A DNA stretch of 64,000 nucleotides from the human T2T-CHM13v2.0 reference genome, Homo sapiens, in assembly GCF_009914755.1 (NCBI RefSeq), contig NC_060930.1; one strand, written 5' to 3'. The notes under the pieces are model-generated. The model saw only the letters and a program-made list of their open reading frames with translations. It was not told the DNA's origin and made no database searches. Every line of letters starts with the position of its first letter. Within the stretch, counting starts at the first letter, position 1. Positions 51,309 to 64,000 of this stretch are shown piece by piece. Both the position numbers and the translations under genes were made by a program.

Positions 51309-51661
51309 TGTATTAGTCGGTTTTCATGCTGCTGATAGAGACATACCCGTGACTTGGAAGAAAAAGAGGTTTAATTGGACTTACAGTTCCATATGGCTTG
51401 GGGGGGCCTCAGAATCATGGCGGGAGGTGAAAGGCACTTCTTACATGGTGGCAGCAAGAGAAAATGAGGAAGAAGCAAAAGTGGAAACCCAGATAAACAC
51501 ATCAGATCTCATGAGACTTATTCACTATCACGAGAATAGCATGGAAAAGACTGGCCTCCATGATTCAGTTGCCTCCCATTGGGTCCTTTCCACACACATG
51601 AGAATTCTGGGAGATACAATTCAAGTTGAGATTTGGGTGGGGACACAGCCAAGCAGTATCA
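51309..51661 (-). mobile_element. THE1A LTR (3' LTR of a MaLR provirus)
   Basis: tgtattagtcggttttcatgctgctgat...cctcagaatcatggcgggagg...ggggacacagccaagcagtatca. The adjacent ttccacccc is the polypurine tract on the minus strand. Confidence 0.93.
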
Positions 51662-52809
51662 TTCCACCCCTAGCCCCTCTAAATCTCATGTCCTCACTTT
51701 TCAAAATCAATTATGCCTTCCCAACAGTCCCATAAAGTCTTAACTCATTTCAGCATTAACCCAAAAGTCCACAGTCCAAAGTCTCATCTGAGACAAGGCA
51801 AGTCCCTTCTGCCTATGAGCCTGTAAAATCAAAAGGAAGCTAGTTACTTCCTAGATATAATGGCGGTACAGGTATTTGTCAAATATAGCCATTCCAAATG
51901 GGAGAAATTGGTCAAAACAAAGGGGTTACAGAGTTCATGCAAGTCTGAAATCCAGCAGGGCAGTCAAATTTTAAAGCTCCAAAACAATCTCCATTGAGTC
52001 CAGGTCTCACATCCAGGTCACACTGGTGCAAGAGGTGGGTTCCCATGGTCTTGGGCAGCTCTGACCCTGTGGCTTTGCGTGGTACAGCCTCCCTCTTGGC
52101 TCCTTTCATGGGCTGGCATTGAGTGTCTGTGGCTTTTCCAGGTGCATGGTGCAAGGAGTCAGTGGATCTACCATTCTGGACCCTGGAGGATGGTGGCCCT
52201 CTTCTCACAGCTTCACTAGGCAGTGCCCCAGTAGGGCCTCTGTGTGGGGGCTCTCACCCCACATTTCCCTTCCACAATGCCCTAGCAGAGGTTCTCCATG
52301 AGGACCCCGCCCCTGCAACAAACTTTTCCCTGGGCATCCAGGCGTTTCCACACATCTTCTGAAATCTAGGTGGAGGTTCCCAAACTTCAATTCTTAACAT
52401 CTGTGCATCCACAGGCCCAATGCCACATGTAAGCCACCAAGGCTTAGGGCCTCCACCCTCTGAAGCCACAGCCCAAGCTGTACATTGGCCCCTTTCAGCC
52501 ATGGCTGGAGAGGCTGGGACACAGGGCAACATGTCCCCAGGCTACACACAGCACAGGGACCCTGGGCCCAGCTCATGAAACCACTTTTTCCTCCTGGGCC
52601 TCTTGGTCTATGATGGGAGGGGCTGCCATGAAGGTCTCTGACATGGCCTGGAGACATTTTCCCTATGGTCCTGGGAATTAACATTAGGCTCTTTGCTACT
52701 TATGCAAATTTCTGCAGCCAGCTTGAATTTATCCCAGAAAATGGGTTTTTCTTTTCTGTTGCATAGTCAGGCTGTAAATTTTCCAAACTTTTATGCTCTG
52801 CTTCCCTTA
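51662..52809 (-). mobile_element. THE1A-int, 5'-truncated
   Basis: aaatctcatgtcctcac...gagacaaggcaagtccc...ttttccaaacttttatgctctgcttccctta. The ORFs at 51912-52684 are MaLR-int pseudo-ORFs. Confidence 0.92.
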
Positions 52810-52890
52810 GCTCTCCTTGCTCCTCAGCTTGCAGGCAGCCTATTGTGGGACCTTGTGATCATATAAGTTAATACTTAATAAACTCCCCTT

Positions 52891-52952
<62 letters not shown>

Positions 52953-52986
52953 ATTAATTCTGTCCCTCTAAGAGAACCCTAATATA
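52810..52986 (+). mobile_element. MLT2A1/2 (HERV-L) LTR 3' part
   Basis: gctctccttgctcctcagcttgcag...cctattgtgggaccttgtgatc...aataaactcccctttatata...tctgtccctcta...gagaaccctaatata. Confidence 0.88.
52891..52950. repeat. Compound (TA)n(TG)n microsatellite
   Basis: About 7 TA units followed by about 22 TG units. Confidence 0.95.
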
Positions 52987-55779
52987 TCAGTATTTGTATT
53001 TTATTGACAGTATTGCATGTAAATTTGTCCCATATTCTAATGTTGAATAAAAATGGTTTCAAATAACTGTATCATGATTAAGTTTTATGTGTGTGCATCT
53101 GTCCAATTACTCTGGCTGTCAAGAAAATAGTTATTAAATTTCATAAATCACCATAGTTTAATCACTATGATTGCCTATTCTAACATTTTCTCAGCAATAA
53201 TCATAATACTGTTGCAGGATACACTTAAAAAAAGAACACTATTGCATTCTAAAGCAAGGATTGTGACTACTGAAGAGGAAGTCAAAATAGTCTGTATCTG
53301 GCATGTTAGGCAGAATTCTTATACGTCAATAAGTATATTGATGGTCATATTGATGACACTACAATAATGTAGGATCTTGAATTGTAATCTGAATCTATAA
53401 AATATTACATTGTTTATAACAAATGAGTTAACAATTTAATGTGGTCTTATTCATGGATAATAGGTAACCCACGTGTAACCTCTCTATGTTAATCAGAATA
53501 TTTAGTTAGTGAACATCCATTTTGTGACCGTCCTTGATAATTGAAAAAAATGCATTAGAATATCAACAGCTATATTATGAAACTGGGTGTATTGCAATTC
53601 AGCAATTAACATTGCTGCCATAAATATCAGTATCCACATATTTTGTAGTAGGAATAAAAAGTATTGCTCAAGAAAAGTAGTAAGTTTTAGAACATGATAT
53701 ATTTAAGTTAGTATTAAATCACAAGCTTTTCATTAAACACTTAGTTTTCTTGGGATCACTGAATTTTTATAAAAGCTTCATATGTTCTAAAATAACTGGG
53801 AATGTTTCAGCATACAATTACAATCTATGTGACTCGGGGATAGGGTGAATTTTCAGAAAAGGGCTAATCAAAATAGGACATATGTATTACTGACTGCAAC
53901 AAGAATGATTTTGTTTTGCTGGGGGTTTAGACTCCATGAAAAAAATGAACCTATTAATTTGAATAGGTTAGCTCTTTTTGCATGTTATCAAATGTAGTTC
54001 ATCTATATATTTGCACTGAAGCAAAATATTAAGAAGTAATGGCTGATTAAATTTTAATTTTATTTTTGCCTACAACTTTGTTAGTAAATATTTTTTCTTT
54101 TTCTGCCATTTGCTAACTGTTTATTCTGCAAAGACTTCTATCCATGTCTGCTTTATTTTTAATGAGCTCTTTCGCTGTGTGTTTTGAAACCTACCATTGG
54201 CCAGTGAGGGTGAGGTGGGGACAGTGAGGGTGCTGGCTGAGGATGGGTGGTATGGGTTAGTGAAAGATGGGCATAATGTCATCCAGAAAAGTTTTAAAGC
54301 ACATAACCAAATATTACAGACTTCAGTTATTAGCCTTTAATTCCTAAACAACCATTGTCTAAGTTACAACATGCCCAACTTCAGGAAGCTAGTCCTCTTT
54401 TAGGTTTATTTGTTCCTATGTATATCTGGGAGTCCCAAGGAGATCTTACCTTTTTTGCCCATCTGTCCTAAGCTTAGCCTATTGTTCCACTCTTCTGGGC
54501 TTCGTCTTCTATCCCTTGAGTGCAGGTTTCCTCTTCCAGGACACTTCTCCTCCACTTGTACTGCTGCTTCTGCAAATGTGGATACAGGTTACCTGGTATC
54601 TCTCTGAGAATAGCTAAGTCCAGGCTCTACTACCTAACAGTACTTACTGAAAATGTCAGGCACAGACAAGAATGATTAAACTCATTTCTAGATATAACTG
54701 CTCTCATGCTTCATAACACAAAACTCCTCACTGGGTTCCTCACTGAGTTCTTATAGTTTAGACTTCTACCGTGTTTCATGGGCCAATTTATCCCTCTCGG
54801 TAAGAATATTCTTAACCAGGTCACTCGCAAACAGAATTTATGCCCACCTACCCTTTTCCCCCAACCCACTGTCCTTAATATGCTGAGTCCACACAGAGGA
54901 AAACAAGTTTCCATCTTATCTCCTTCTTTCCCAGTCACAGTTCAGTCTTCAAGTTAAATAAAATGAAATGAAATAAAACATCAGAGATGAAAGTTCATGG
55001 AGGAAGAGAGAACTCTATTTAAAAATTATTATTATGCAAATGGTTGTCTCCTAGCTATTATAATACATTTACATAATCAAAATCTTATTAAAATTTTCCC
55101 CATACCAAGGGAGCATTTTGCCCTCAAATAATTCAAAGGCAACCTGTAGAGAAATAAGAAAAGCTGATGTATTTTTAAAAATCCGTATACTATCCTCACA
55201 CCCTCATCTATTTGTAGCCATCATAATTGTCAAAATTGGAATCCATTCAGTGCTAAAAAAATCCTGTTTCATGTCTATTGAGAACACAAACGCAAGGGGG
55301 CATACTGTAATTATTTTAATTAATAAGCATATGTGGTTATTTATTGAGCATAAAATTTGGGTGTGATACAACTATAAGCCCTCCATCTATGTAATATAAT
55401 GTGCCCTGAGGATGTGATATAGTGATATTAATAACTGGGAACTCATTTTTATTTCCTTTAATTTTGTATCAATTCATTTCAGTTATCATTAGCTTACTAT
55501 TCATCCCACATCAACTTATGTATGATACTGTGGGGGAAAAAAGGCATTTATAAGAAAAGCTTTTTAGCTTTTTGGAAACCTATGATTTAATTGGTAAAAT
55601 TTAGGCATAAAAATTTGAGGTGATTTGTAAGCAATATATAAACAAATGCAAGAAAATGCACTTTAGGTATTACAAGAAATCAAAATTGAAATATGGAACT
55701 TAGTTACTTGGTTAAGATAGTATAGGAATTGATTTGGCCCAATAATGGTGATGGATTTCAGTTGTGGCAGAATATTCTT

Positions 55780-56093
<314 letters not shown>

Positions 56094-56689
56094 TGAAATA
56101 TGAAGGCATACATTAGCAAGACTAAGAAGTACATAGACTGAATCAAGACAAATGTTTGAAATGAGAAGGTGGGTCCAGTTGATGTACACTCTTGAGTGTC
56201 AAGCTGAGCTGTTGGGGTTAAGTTCAAGAGGCAATGTTGTAAATTCTTGCTCCAGAGAGTGTTGGCATGTACATTACATATTTGGTTAAATGTTTGATTG
56301 ATAGAAAGTTTTTTATGGGTAAATGTTGGTATACACTTGTGAGATATTTCAGTGATGGGAAAAATTGTAAGCAAACTAACTTCAAAAATTCAAGCAGACC
56401 TTGGGTCATAGAAGAATAGGGTCAGCTTTGAAAATCATTAAGAGATGGCTGAGGGAAAGTGAAGGAGTTTGTTCTGTTTTAACTTAACAAGCATTTGAGG
56501 TAGGGTACATGAAGCAGAGGTACCTGTGGAAGATGTTAATGACATGAGCCTGAATATAGGACACCACATCATCAGCATTTCCATCAAAAACAAGAAGAGC
56601 TGCTATGGAAAAGGTACCACCCTAGGCGATAGGGATAGTGTGGTATAATACACTATCCATGATTTTCAGGGAGAACAGAATTCATACAC

Positions 56690-57190
56690 AAGAATATCAA
56701 TGAATCTGTAATACTTAACTTGCCAAGTAAGTGTCAAATTTGGGCATCTATTCTCCATAGGAGATTGATTAGAAAGTCCTTCAGACAAAATTGGACTTCA
56801 GATGAGCCTTTAAGGAAAGTGGAAAAAGGGAAAAGAGGAAATTATCTAAGTCTCTTGGGTGTCTGCAAATAGCTAACGCCACAAGAATTAAGCCGCGAAG
56901 TAGTAGGTCATCAGATTGACAAGGGAGGCAAAGCAATTTGGAATTAGTCTCTCTGGCAAAGGATGCCTATGGAATATTTCTGAACATAAGGCTGATGTGA
57001 AAACAGTTATTTTGGGGAGTCATGGTCAAGTTCGCACTATGTAACAGGAAGGTAGAAACTAGGGGCGGTCAGGGGAGTTACTGCATCATTATAATATTCT
57101 AGGTGTGTTCTTTAATAGAGAGGGGCAAGTAACGGGAATATGAAGAACGTGACAGACTGAAAGGTGTCAGAAAAATAATGTCAGTAACTG
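56690..57190 (-). mobile_element. L2 fragment, degraded
   Basis: ttagaaagtccttcagac...ggacttcagatgagcctttaagga...gctgatgtgaaaacagttatttt. Confidence 0.45.
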
Positions 57191-57664
57191 ACTGGAAGTG
57201 AGAGAGGCAAAAGTAAAGAAAAATTATTTTTTCCTAACCTGTTTGTTTTTGTGACATTGACAAAAATAAAGCAACCTGGTGCTGGTTGGGGACGCTGGGT
57301 GTATTCGCAGGACACCATGACCAATTTGGTTTGAGGTCCTGGAAGAATACCCAGTTGAAATTTTTTTTCTAGACTATTGATATGCAATTTTTGAAGGCAC
57401 AAAGTCATTTTAAAATGGACTTTTAGAAATTAAATCATTTGAAATAGTAGGACATGGGGATCTGGAAAGGCTGTACTATCCATCTGAGGTAACACCTAGA
57501 AATATGAAGTGAATATAAATCCAGAGGGTGAGTTCTGTAAAAGAGTGGGTCCCTGTGGGGAGAGCTTAGTGCTACATTGTGATTTGGGTCCCTCATTTAG
57601 TTAGCAAGCAAGATTAACTTTTCTCCAAAGTTGAAGACTAAATCTAAGGATAAAAAATGTAGAA

Positions 57665-57765
57665 ACTGCTTTCAAGTACAATGCATATTTGATCTTCATG
57701 TTTATCATGAGTTAGGCAGGATAGTGTTATTCCCCTGTTAGATTAGGAAAATTAGACTTTTGTTA
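57665..57765 (-). mobile_element. MIR fragment
   Basis: atttgatcttcatg...taggcagg...gttattcccctgttagattaggaaaattaga. Confidence 0.5.
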
Positions 57766-57929
57766 GTCTCTGAACACTTTCCTTTCATGCCAGGCCTCTG
57801 GTCATAGCAGGGGAATTTTAGAAACCAAGAAATCAGAGGGGCAGGGAGTTTCAATAAAGGGGATCACCAAGTGTAACTGAAAATCAAAAAGAAGATAAAC
57901 TTCCCTCTCTCTTGTTTACTATCATAACA

Positions 57930-58085
57930 TGCTGTGCTTGTATTACTACACCATTAATAGCTCTGCCTTTTGATTGTTTCCTCTATGCTGGTGGATTCTG
58001 AAAACACACATTGTATATTATTTGTATTATTTTCTTGTTTTAACATAGCACCTGATAGGTGGTCAGTATATTTGTATTGAATGTT
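57930..58085 (+). mobile_element. L2 3' terminus
   Basis: taacatagcacctgataggtggtcagtatatttgtattgaatg. Confidence 0.5.
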
Positions 58086-58089
58086 CATT

Positions 58090-59280
58090 ACCAGGTGTTC
58101 TCCAGCAGAATTGGAAATAAGTGTGTAAAATACAAAATGTAGATTCTGAGCTCAGAAACTCATAAACTAAGTCTAGATGGGACTCCCTCCATTTAATATG
58201 TGCTTACATGTGGAAGTCATGGGTGGAGAATAAGGAAATTTAAAAAAAAAAAACAGCATTAGAAAGGTTGAAGATATCAACATGTATGCTCTCACTGAGA
58301 ATTTAGAGAAGACTGAAGTCTAACCCTTGCACAATATTCTGGAGTGACAGGGCTGTGGGATGAAAAAGGAAGCCATGGGGGGATTTCTTGAGCAAGGACA
58401 CTCAGCCAGATGGACAAGCAATACTGTTGTTAGAGGAATACTAGACAAGCCAAGTATAACAGTGTCAAATGGAAGGAATATACTGAGAACTTGGGATGGG
58501 TGCATGTCTGCATAAATTTGTGTTTGCATGTGCAACCACATGTGCTTGTGGTTGAGCAAATCTATAAACACAACTTAATTTAGGCACAAACTAATGGAAG
58601 CAGAAGCCAGTTCAAAGGCATTAATGAAAGTAAAGCTGAGAGTCCTGGAATGGCTTCAGGGATGAGCAGCAGGATCAAATACATTTTGAGAAGAGATGAT
58701 TATCTTCCCTCCAGAATATTTATAGATATGATTGTTTAAAGACATGAAGGAAGGAGCTAGGCAAGTAAAACAGCAAATATGCTGACATCAATGAGGATGA
58801 TAAGTGAAAGGACCCCTGTCTCCAGAGGAGGTTGGAGGGGAGGTCCAGTGTCCGGACAGTTTTGACCTGACTGGGCAGGAAGAAGTGCCTCTATTTTTGG
58901 ACATTAGAGAGAAGGATAAGAGCTAGTATGGATTCTGAAGTGAAGTGCAGTGCTATGAGTGTGCTCACAATCAATTTGATGGTTCTTCTGGATTTGTCTT
59001 GGGGAATTAGGAGGTAAGGCCACCTGTCGAGAATGAAGTTGACATAGACCTGAAAAAAAGAAAGGTCAGTTGAGAATAGTCACTCTATGGAAGGTGAACA
59101 ATAAAAATGAATCAAGATGATGAGAGTTTGAAGGGAGTCAGAGATCAACCCAGGGGACTGTAACATTCTGTATTTGAAGGAAGCAGGGAAGAAACCACAA
59201 AGTGGGGAAGATTCAAAGTATTTATGACAGAAGATAGAGGAGCAAGAACTGAATGCTTTGGGTGCCAGGAAGTGGAGAGT
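58090..59280 (-). mobile_element. L2 LINE, degraded
   Basis: Purine-rich L2 antisense character: gtggaagtcatgggtggaga...cagaagccagttcaaaggcattaatg...aggtaaggccacctgtcgagaatga. Confidence 0.5.
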
Positions 59281-60499
59281 CTCAAACACACGGGAAATAT
59301 TTTCTTAGGAATATACTTGGGACATTTGCCTTGTAAAATTGCACCTAAGACTTCATGTTTTCTGATTAACAGTGTTTTGTTATTTTATCTCAACCTTCTT
59401 TGAAGACATGGTACATTTGTCTAGCTTTAAACAAAATACTTTTTTTTCCAAAATAAGCATATTTAAGGAAGATAATTCTTAGGTAGAGGAAAAAATGCTT
59501 CTGCCTTTTTCCAGGCCCTATTAGGAAGAGCTTTTAGAAAACATTGATATATGTGTTCTCTAAGTCTAGAGTTCTGATTAATGGGCACATTGGCATGTTT
59601 CTGCTTCCTTCACCTGCTAGCTAACTCGGCTGTGGGAAATTTCTTCAGGTCAAATTAAGGGTAGAAGACAAGAGTATAATGCCCCAGGAGACGGCTGTAT
59701 ATAACTTCCACTTAAATGCCACCAATGAAAAAATTGCCTTGGTATAATTTAAAGCATTTGTTTAAGAAGAGAGTAACTTTATAATTGAATAACGCTGCTT
59801 CCTTCCTATCAACCCCATGGGTATGAGAGTTAAGAACTAAAACAATTTAATAAGATAATATTTCAAGTGCATACCGTTCTTCCTTTTTCATACACAGAGC
59901 ACTTTGAATCCAAGGGGGAACTGTGTGTGCACAGGCAATATAAAAAGCTAGGCTTGTGGAAGAAAGTGGTTGCCTAAATCCAAATGCATAGTATGAAATA
60001 GAAGCATGGGCTTCTTATTTTTGAAAATCTGTTTGATAAAATGACGATGGATTATTTTCCTGTAGTGCAGGTGCTCACTTTACTGCAGGCTATATTCAAT
60101 ACCAAAAAAAATGACGCGGGGCATGCCTGGGCTTCCTGTGCTACACAGAGACCAGATGGGAGCTCAGGGTTATTTTGTTTATCATACAGCCTCCAATGTT
60201 GGAGGAAGTTGCTGTGAGGAACAGAGACTATTTAATTCCAAAACTCTTGGTATTCTAATAGTTGCAGATACTCTGACTGCTTCTGCACAGAACACATTTT
60301 TACATTTATGGAGTGATTAAAATTGTTTACGTATAGTGTTTCCCCCAGTGTGATAATGGACATTTAATCACATAACATGTGCCTTCCATTTGTGAAATAT
60401 CATGTAACATTCAGCAGAGTTGGCAGTGCTGTTACCAGATTCATTTCTCATGTCTGTGGCACTCCTTCACTTCCTCTAAATAGTGGTTACATGTCTTTC

Positions 60500-61470
60500 A
60501 GATCTTCCCAAATCCTCATACTCTCTATTCCACACTTCTGCTTTCCCTTTCTCTGAAAAATTAGAAACCATTTGTTGATAATTACTTCAACTTCCCTCCA
60601 ATTTGGTTATAAATTTCCTTTATTCATCCCTCCTGTTCTTTTCTGTTCTTTTCTCTATCAGGAGCACTCAACTCGTTTCTGAGCATAAGCTTTTTTGACC
60701 AGGTCTCTGTCCTGCACTTAATATCCCTGTTTTCCACCTGTCCAGATATGTGAAAATCATGTCTCCTAAATTCCCTCTTGCTGTGTTTTGCTCACCAGCT
60801 AACACCACCCTCAATTTTATATAGATTAGCCATCTGGTGGTACTTTGAAACGAGATTGATTTAATTTTTGGACACTGTGCTTTTTTTGCTAAACATAACC
60901 TGTGAAGTCAGTGTCTAAATCCTGGCAGTTCCCTTTTCACAACCTTATTTGTCTGACTGACTTTTAGTTTAAGATTTATTTTCTACCAGACTATTGATTT
61001 GATAATAAAATACCTTTACCTTCCGTTTTTATTTTTTTGTCCAACTTATCTACCAGTGCTTTTAATGACACAGTTTCATTTCTTCAGTGCTGTGTCCCTT
61101 CATTTCCTATGTCTCCTGAAATTTTCTCTTCACTTTCTTATAATTCTTTTTCTGCAAGTCCCAAAGATGCTTGAGACTTTTATAGCATAATAAGCAAAAC
61201 AGAAAAAAAATTTAAAACCTTACTTTAGTTTTGCTTTTCTCTTTCAAAATAATACCCATATCTTATTGTGTCCCTAGAAAACTCCTGAGGGCTTACCACC
61301 AATGTTTCAGCCCCTTGCAGCCTGGCTTCTATAGTCACCACTATGGAAACTATTCTCTAGCATTACCATTGACCTTTAAAATTACTGATTTCAGTATCTA
61401 TTCACAGTATTTATATTACTTATTGCTTGATTCTACTTAAAGCTTTGATCAGAAACTCCTTATTACATCC
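60500..61470 (+). mobile_element. L2 LINE including an RT-region relic
   Basis: ORF 61231-61440 contains PLQPGFYSHH...LLLD, similar to L2 RT PLQSGFRPHHSTETAL...LLDLSAAFD. The left boundary is uncertain. Confidence 0.6.
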
Positions 61471-61514
61471 TCTTGCCTTTTAGAGTGTGTCCCTTCCCTG
61501 TCGCTAATGGGAAG

Positions 61515-61746
61515 CACCACAGTGAAAGTCTAAATATATCAGCTAGGAAGCCTTACAGACCTACCTTCCTGTTCTGGCCTCTGATAGGATATAACCTTAG
61601 GGGAGCTGTTTAATTCTTTTAAGCCTCATTTATTCATCTGTGGGAGACAAATTCTCCTCACAAATTTGCTGTTAAGATTAGAGGTAATGAATATTAATGT
61701 TTAACACATTTTTGGTACATATGAAGAGCTCAATAAACAGCTATTT
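61515..61746 (+). mobile_element. MIR SINE
   Basis: aaccttaggggag...aagcctcatttattcatctgt...gctgttaagattagaggtaatg...gctcaataaacagctatt. Confidence 0.7.
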
Positions 61747-61763
61747 CCACAAAAGTTTCTAAT

Positions 61764-61855
61764 ATCACCGACTCCACTATCACCACTATCATCCCATCGT
61801 CATGGCCATTACCATCACTCACCACCAGAATCATTATCATCATCATCTCCTTCAT
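61764..61855. repeat. Degenerate (CAT/CAC)n trinucleotide tract
   Basis: caccactatcatcccatcgtcat...tcattatcatcatcatc. Confidence 0.6.
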
Positions 61856-61859
61856 TTTG

Positions 61860-62400
61860 GATCATCAAGGTTGTCTCTAGTCCTGTTTTTACTATTTCTT
61901 GTTCTACCTCATCTGTTTCCATTAACAGTAAGAAAACAATTCTAACAAACACAGTATCGACAAAGTTTCATTGTGTCCCTTTCTTTGTAAAAATTTCCAG
62001 TTGTACTGCATTTCCTCCTAATATGTCATTTGTGTCGTCTATGATTTTGTCTTATCTTCTAGTGTATTCCCCCATGTGTCCTATGGTTAAGTCCCAGGAT
62101 ATCACATACATTCACATTTCTTGATCACAGTTATTTGCCAGTGCAGAAAAATGTTCTATACACATGCAGTCCAGCTGAATTATTATCTCCTTCTTGAAGT
62201 CATTTTTATAGCCCCTAGTTGAAATGAATGATTAAATATTCCTCCCATAGTGCCCATTAAGCACTTTTTATAGCATATGGCATTTATGTTGTTCAGCTTT
62301 GTAGTATAACAAATTGCTTCTATGTCTGTCTGACCACCCTTCTCCCAATCCTAAAAACTGCTTTAGGATAACTACATTGTTTCATTCCTTTTTGAATTAC
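61860..62400 (+). mobile_element. L2 3' region, degraded
   Basis: tatctccttcttgaagtc...cctcccatagtgc...cacttttatagcat-type L2 3' signature. Confidence 0.45.
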
Positions 62401-64000
62401 AACCAGCTTTGTTCCTCAAAAGGGTGATTCCTGAGATTGGCAGTTTTATACATCCATGCATACAAACACACACAATTTCAAGAGCACTTACATTTAGCAG
62501 GTGTCCAGAATACGAAATGGTAGGCCATGAACTCTAGAGGGCTTGAAAAGCCTTCAAAGATCACCTCATCGGAAGAGGCTACCCATGATAAAGTATTTTA
62601 AAGCAAGCAACCTCCCTTGATAATCTCATTGCTTATGAGAAAATAGTAGATATTAAATTATAGAAGACATGGGATATTTAAATATGCTTTAATGGTTTGT
62701 GGCCTATTTATTATTATATAGAGTGTATACATAGCCATTCACTACCAATAAAAAGCATTTATTTTTCCATATATTTGAGGCAAATGAAAAGAAAATATAA
62801 TCAACATATTCCAAATTATTTAAACTAATTTGCTATTCATTTATCAGTTCAAAAGCATTTACATAGTTTTGAGAACTTTTTTCTTTTAAATATTTTATTC
62901 AGTTCTTGAAAGATTATTTTACATATATTGCCTAACAAAATATGTGCTTCTCACTAATTATATCTGTTAATTCTTTTGTTTTAGTTCACTATTAATTCCT
63001 ATCTTGGTCTCTTTATTTTTAATACAGATGCTATGTGTGTAACTTTAAGCCATTGCATTCCTTATTCTAGAAATTGCCCTTACATTCTCACATGGCCTGA
63101 TTTTATATAAAATTGAGGTCATGTATTCTTCATATCAAATTGGTTCTTTTTTAATGCAAGATATTTCAAATAAAAGTTTCCTTAATGTGAATGTTTCTTA
63201 AACTCAAATAAAACTTAAATATAGAATATTTCTTGTGTTAATGAAAATCTTTCCAATATGTAAAAATGAAATTTCTTTCAAAAACAAGAAAGAAACTAAG
63301 CCAATTGAGAGGTAAAAAAATGAAAACTATAGATGAAGAAAATGGATGTTAATAGCATAAATTATTTCATTGGCATTACCATATATTGTAAAATTTGACC
63401 TAACAAAATCTCATAGATTTTTATTCATTAAATAAAATAATATCTTAATTGTTTGAAGTTATTTTAGTTCAGTTTGGGTATGATACTATATTTTTGGTTT
63501 TATTCTGGCCAATGTACCCTTAACTTGGAAAATTACATTTAATTACATAATTTGCTAGTTTGACCTATTTCTTTTATATCTTAAAAGCATAAGCAGATAC
63601 AAGCAATTCAGTACTTCTGATCATTGTATAATTTACATTATGGTCAGCATTGCATAATGAAAATCACTTATTCGTTGCAAATGATGGTAGTTCCTTATGC
63701 AATCAAAGATGGAGGTAAACATTTAGAATGTGAATTATTTCTGAAAATGACAAACACATACACATACACACATACACACAACTCAAGGACATTTCTCCCC
63801 TAGGGGTGGTTGTCATATACTTCAGTAATGCAGATTAAATTTCTAGTAGCTAGTTGGATAGAGCTTTTCCTATCAGGGAAGCTAAAATTCATTAAAAACT
63901 AATTAGAAATGTATGGGAGGTTAATTTTCCATGTTAAGCCTTATGAAAGTGAGATAAGTAATTCATAAAGTATCAAAGGATTGCTCTGACCAGAACCAAA

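Noticed and set aside
51349-52684. Cluster of overlapping ORFs
   Set aside because: All lie in THE1A LTR or internal sequence and are MaLR pseudo-ORFs.

Overview
This is AT-rich, CpG-depleted mammalian non-coding DNA from a catarrhine primate, human-like (AluY/S/J, FLAM, L1PA, THE1A, MLT2A and MST elements are present). It is either deep intron or gene desert. I recognise no protein-coding exon, RNA gene or CpG island. The ORFs in the supplied track are Alu-, L1-, L2-, CR1- or MaLR-derived, or look like chance ORFs. A large part of the window is transposon relics, several with readable target-site duplications (TSDs). I find no well-supported new biological system. The most interesting signals are: (1) a THE1A/MLT2A (MaLR/ERVL) composite with two outward-facing U5 ends and a 4/5-matching shared TSD; (2) two twin-primed, 5'-inverted L1 insertions; (3) shared 5' breakpoints between independent L1PA copies; (4) template-switch scars; (5) a perfect DR1 nuclear-receptor element born by duplication inside a MIR; (6) an ancient CR1 relic that is still in frame; (7) several motif-dense unique segments that may be enhancers. 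Repeat family names come from recalled consensus sequences, not from a search, and boundaries of old repeats are approximate.
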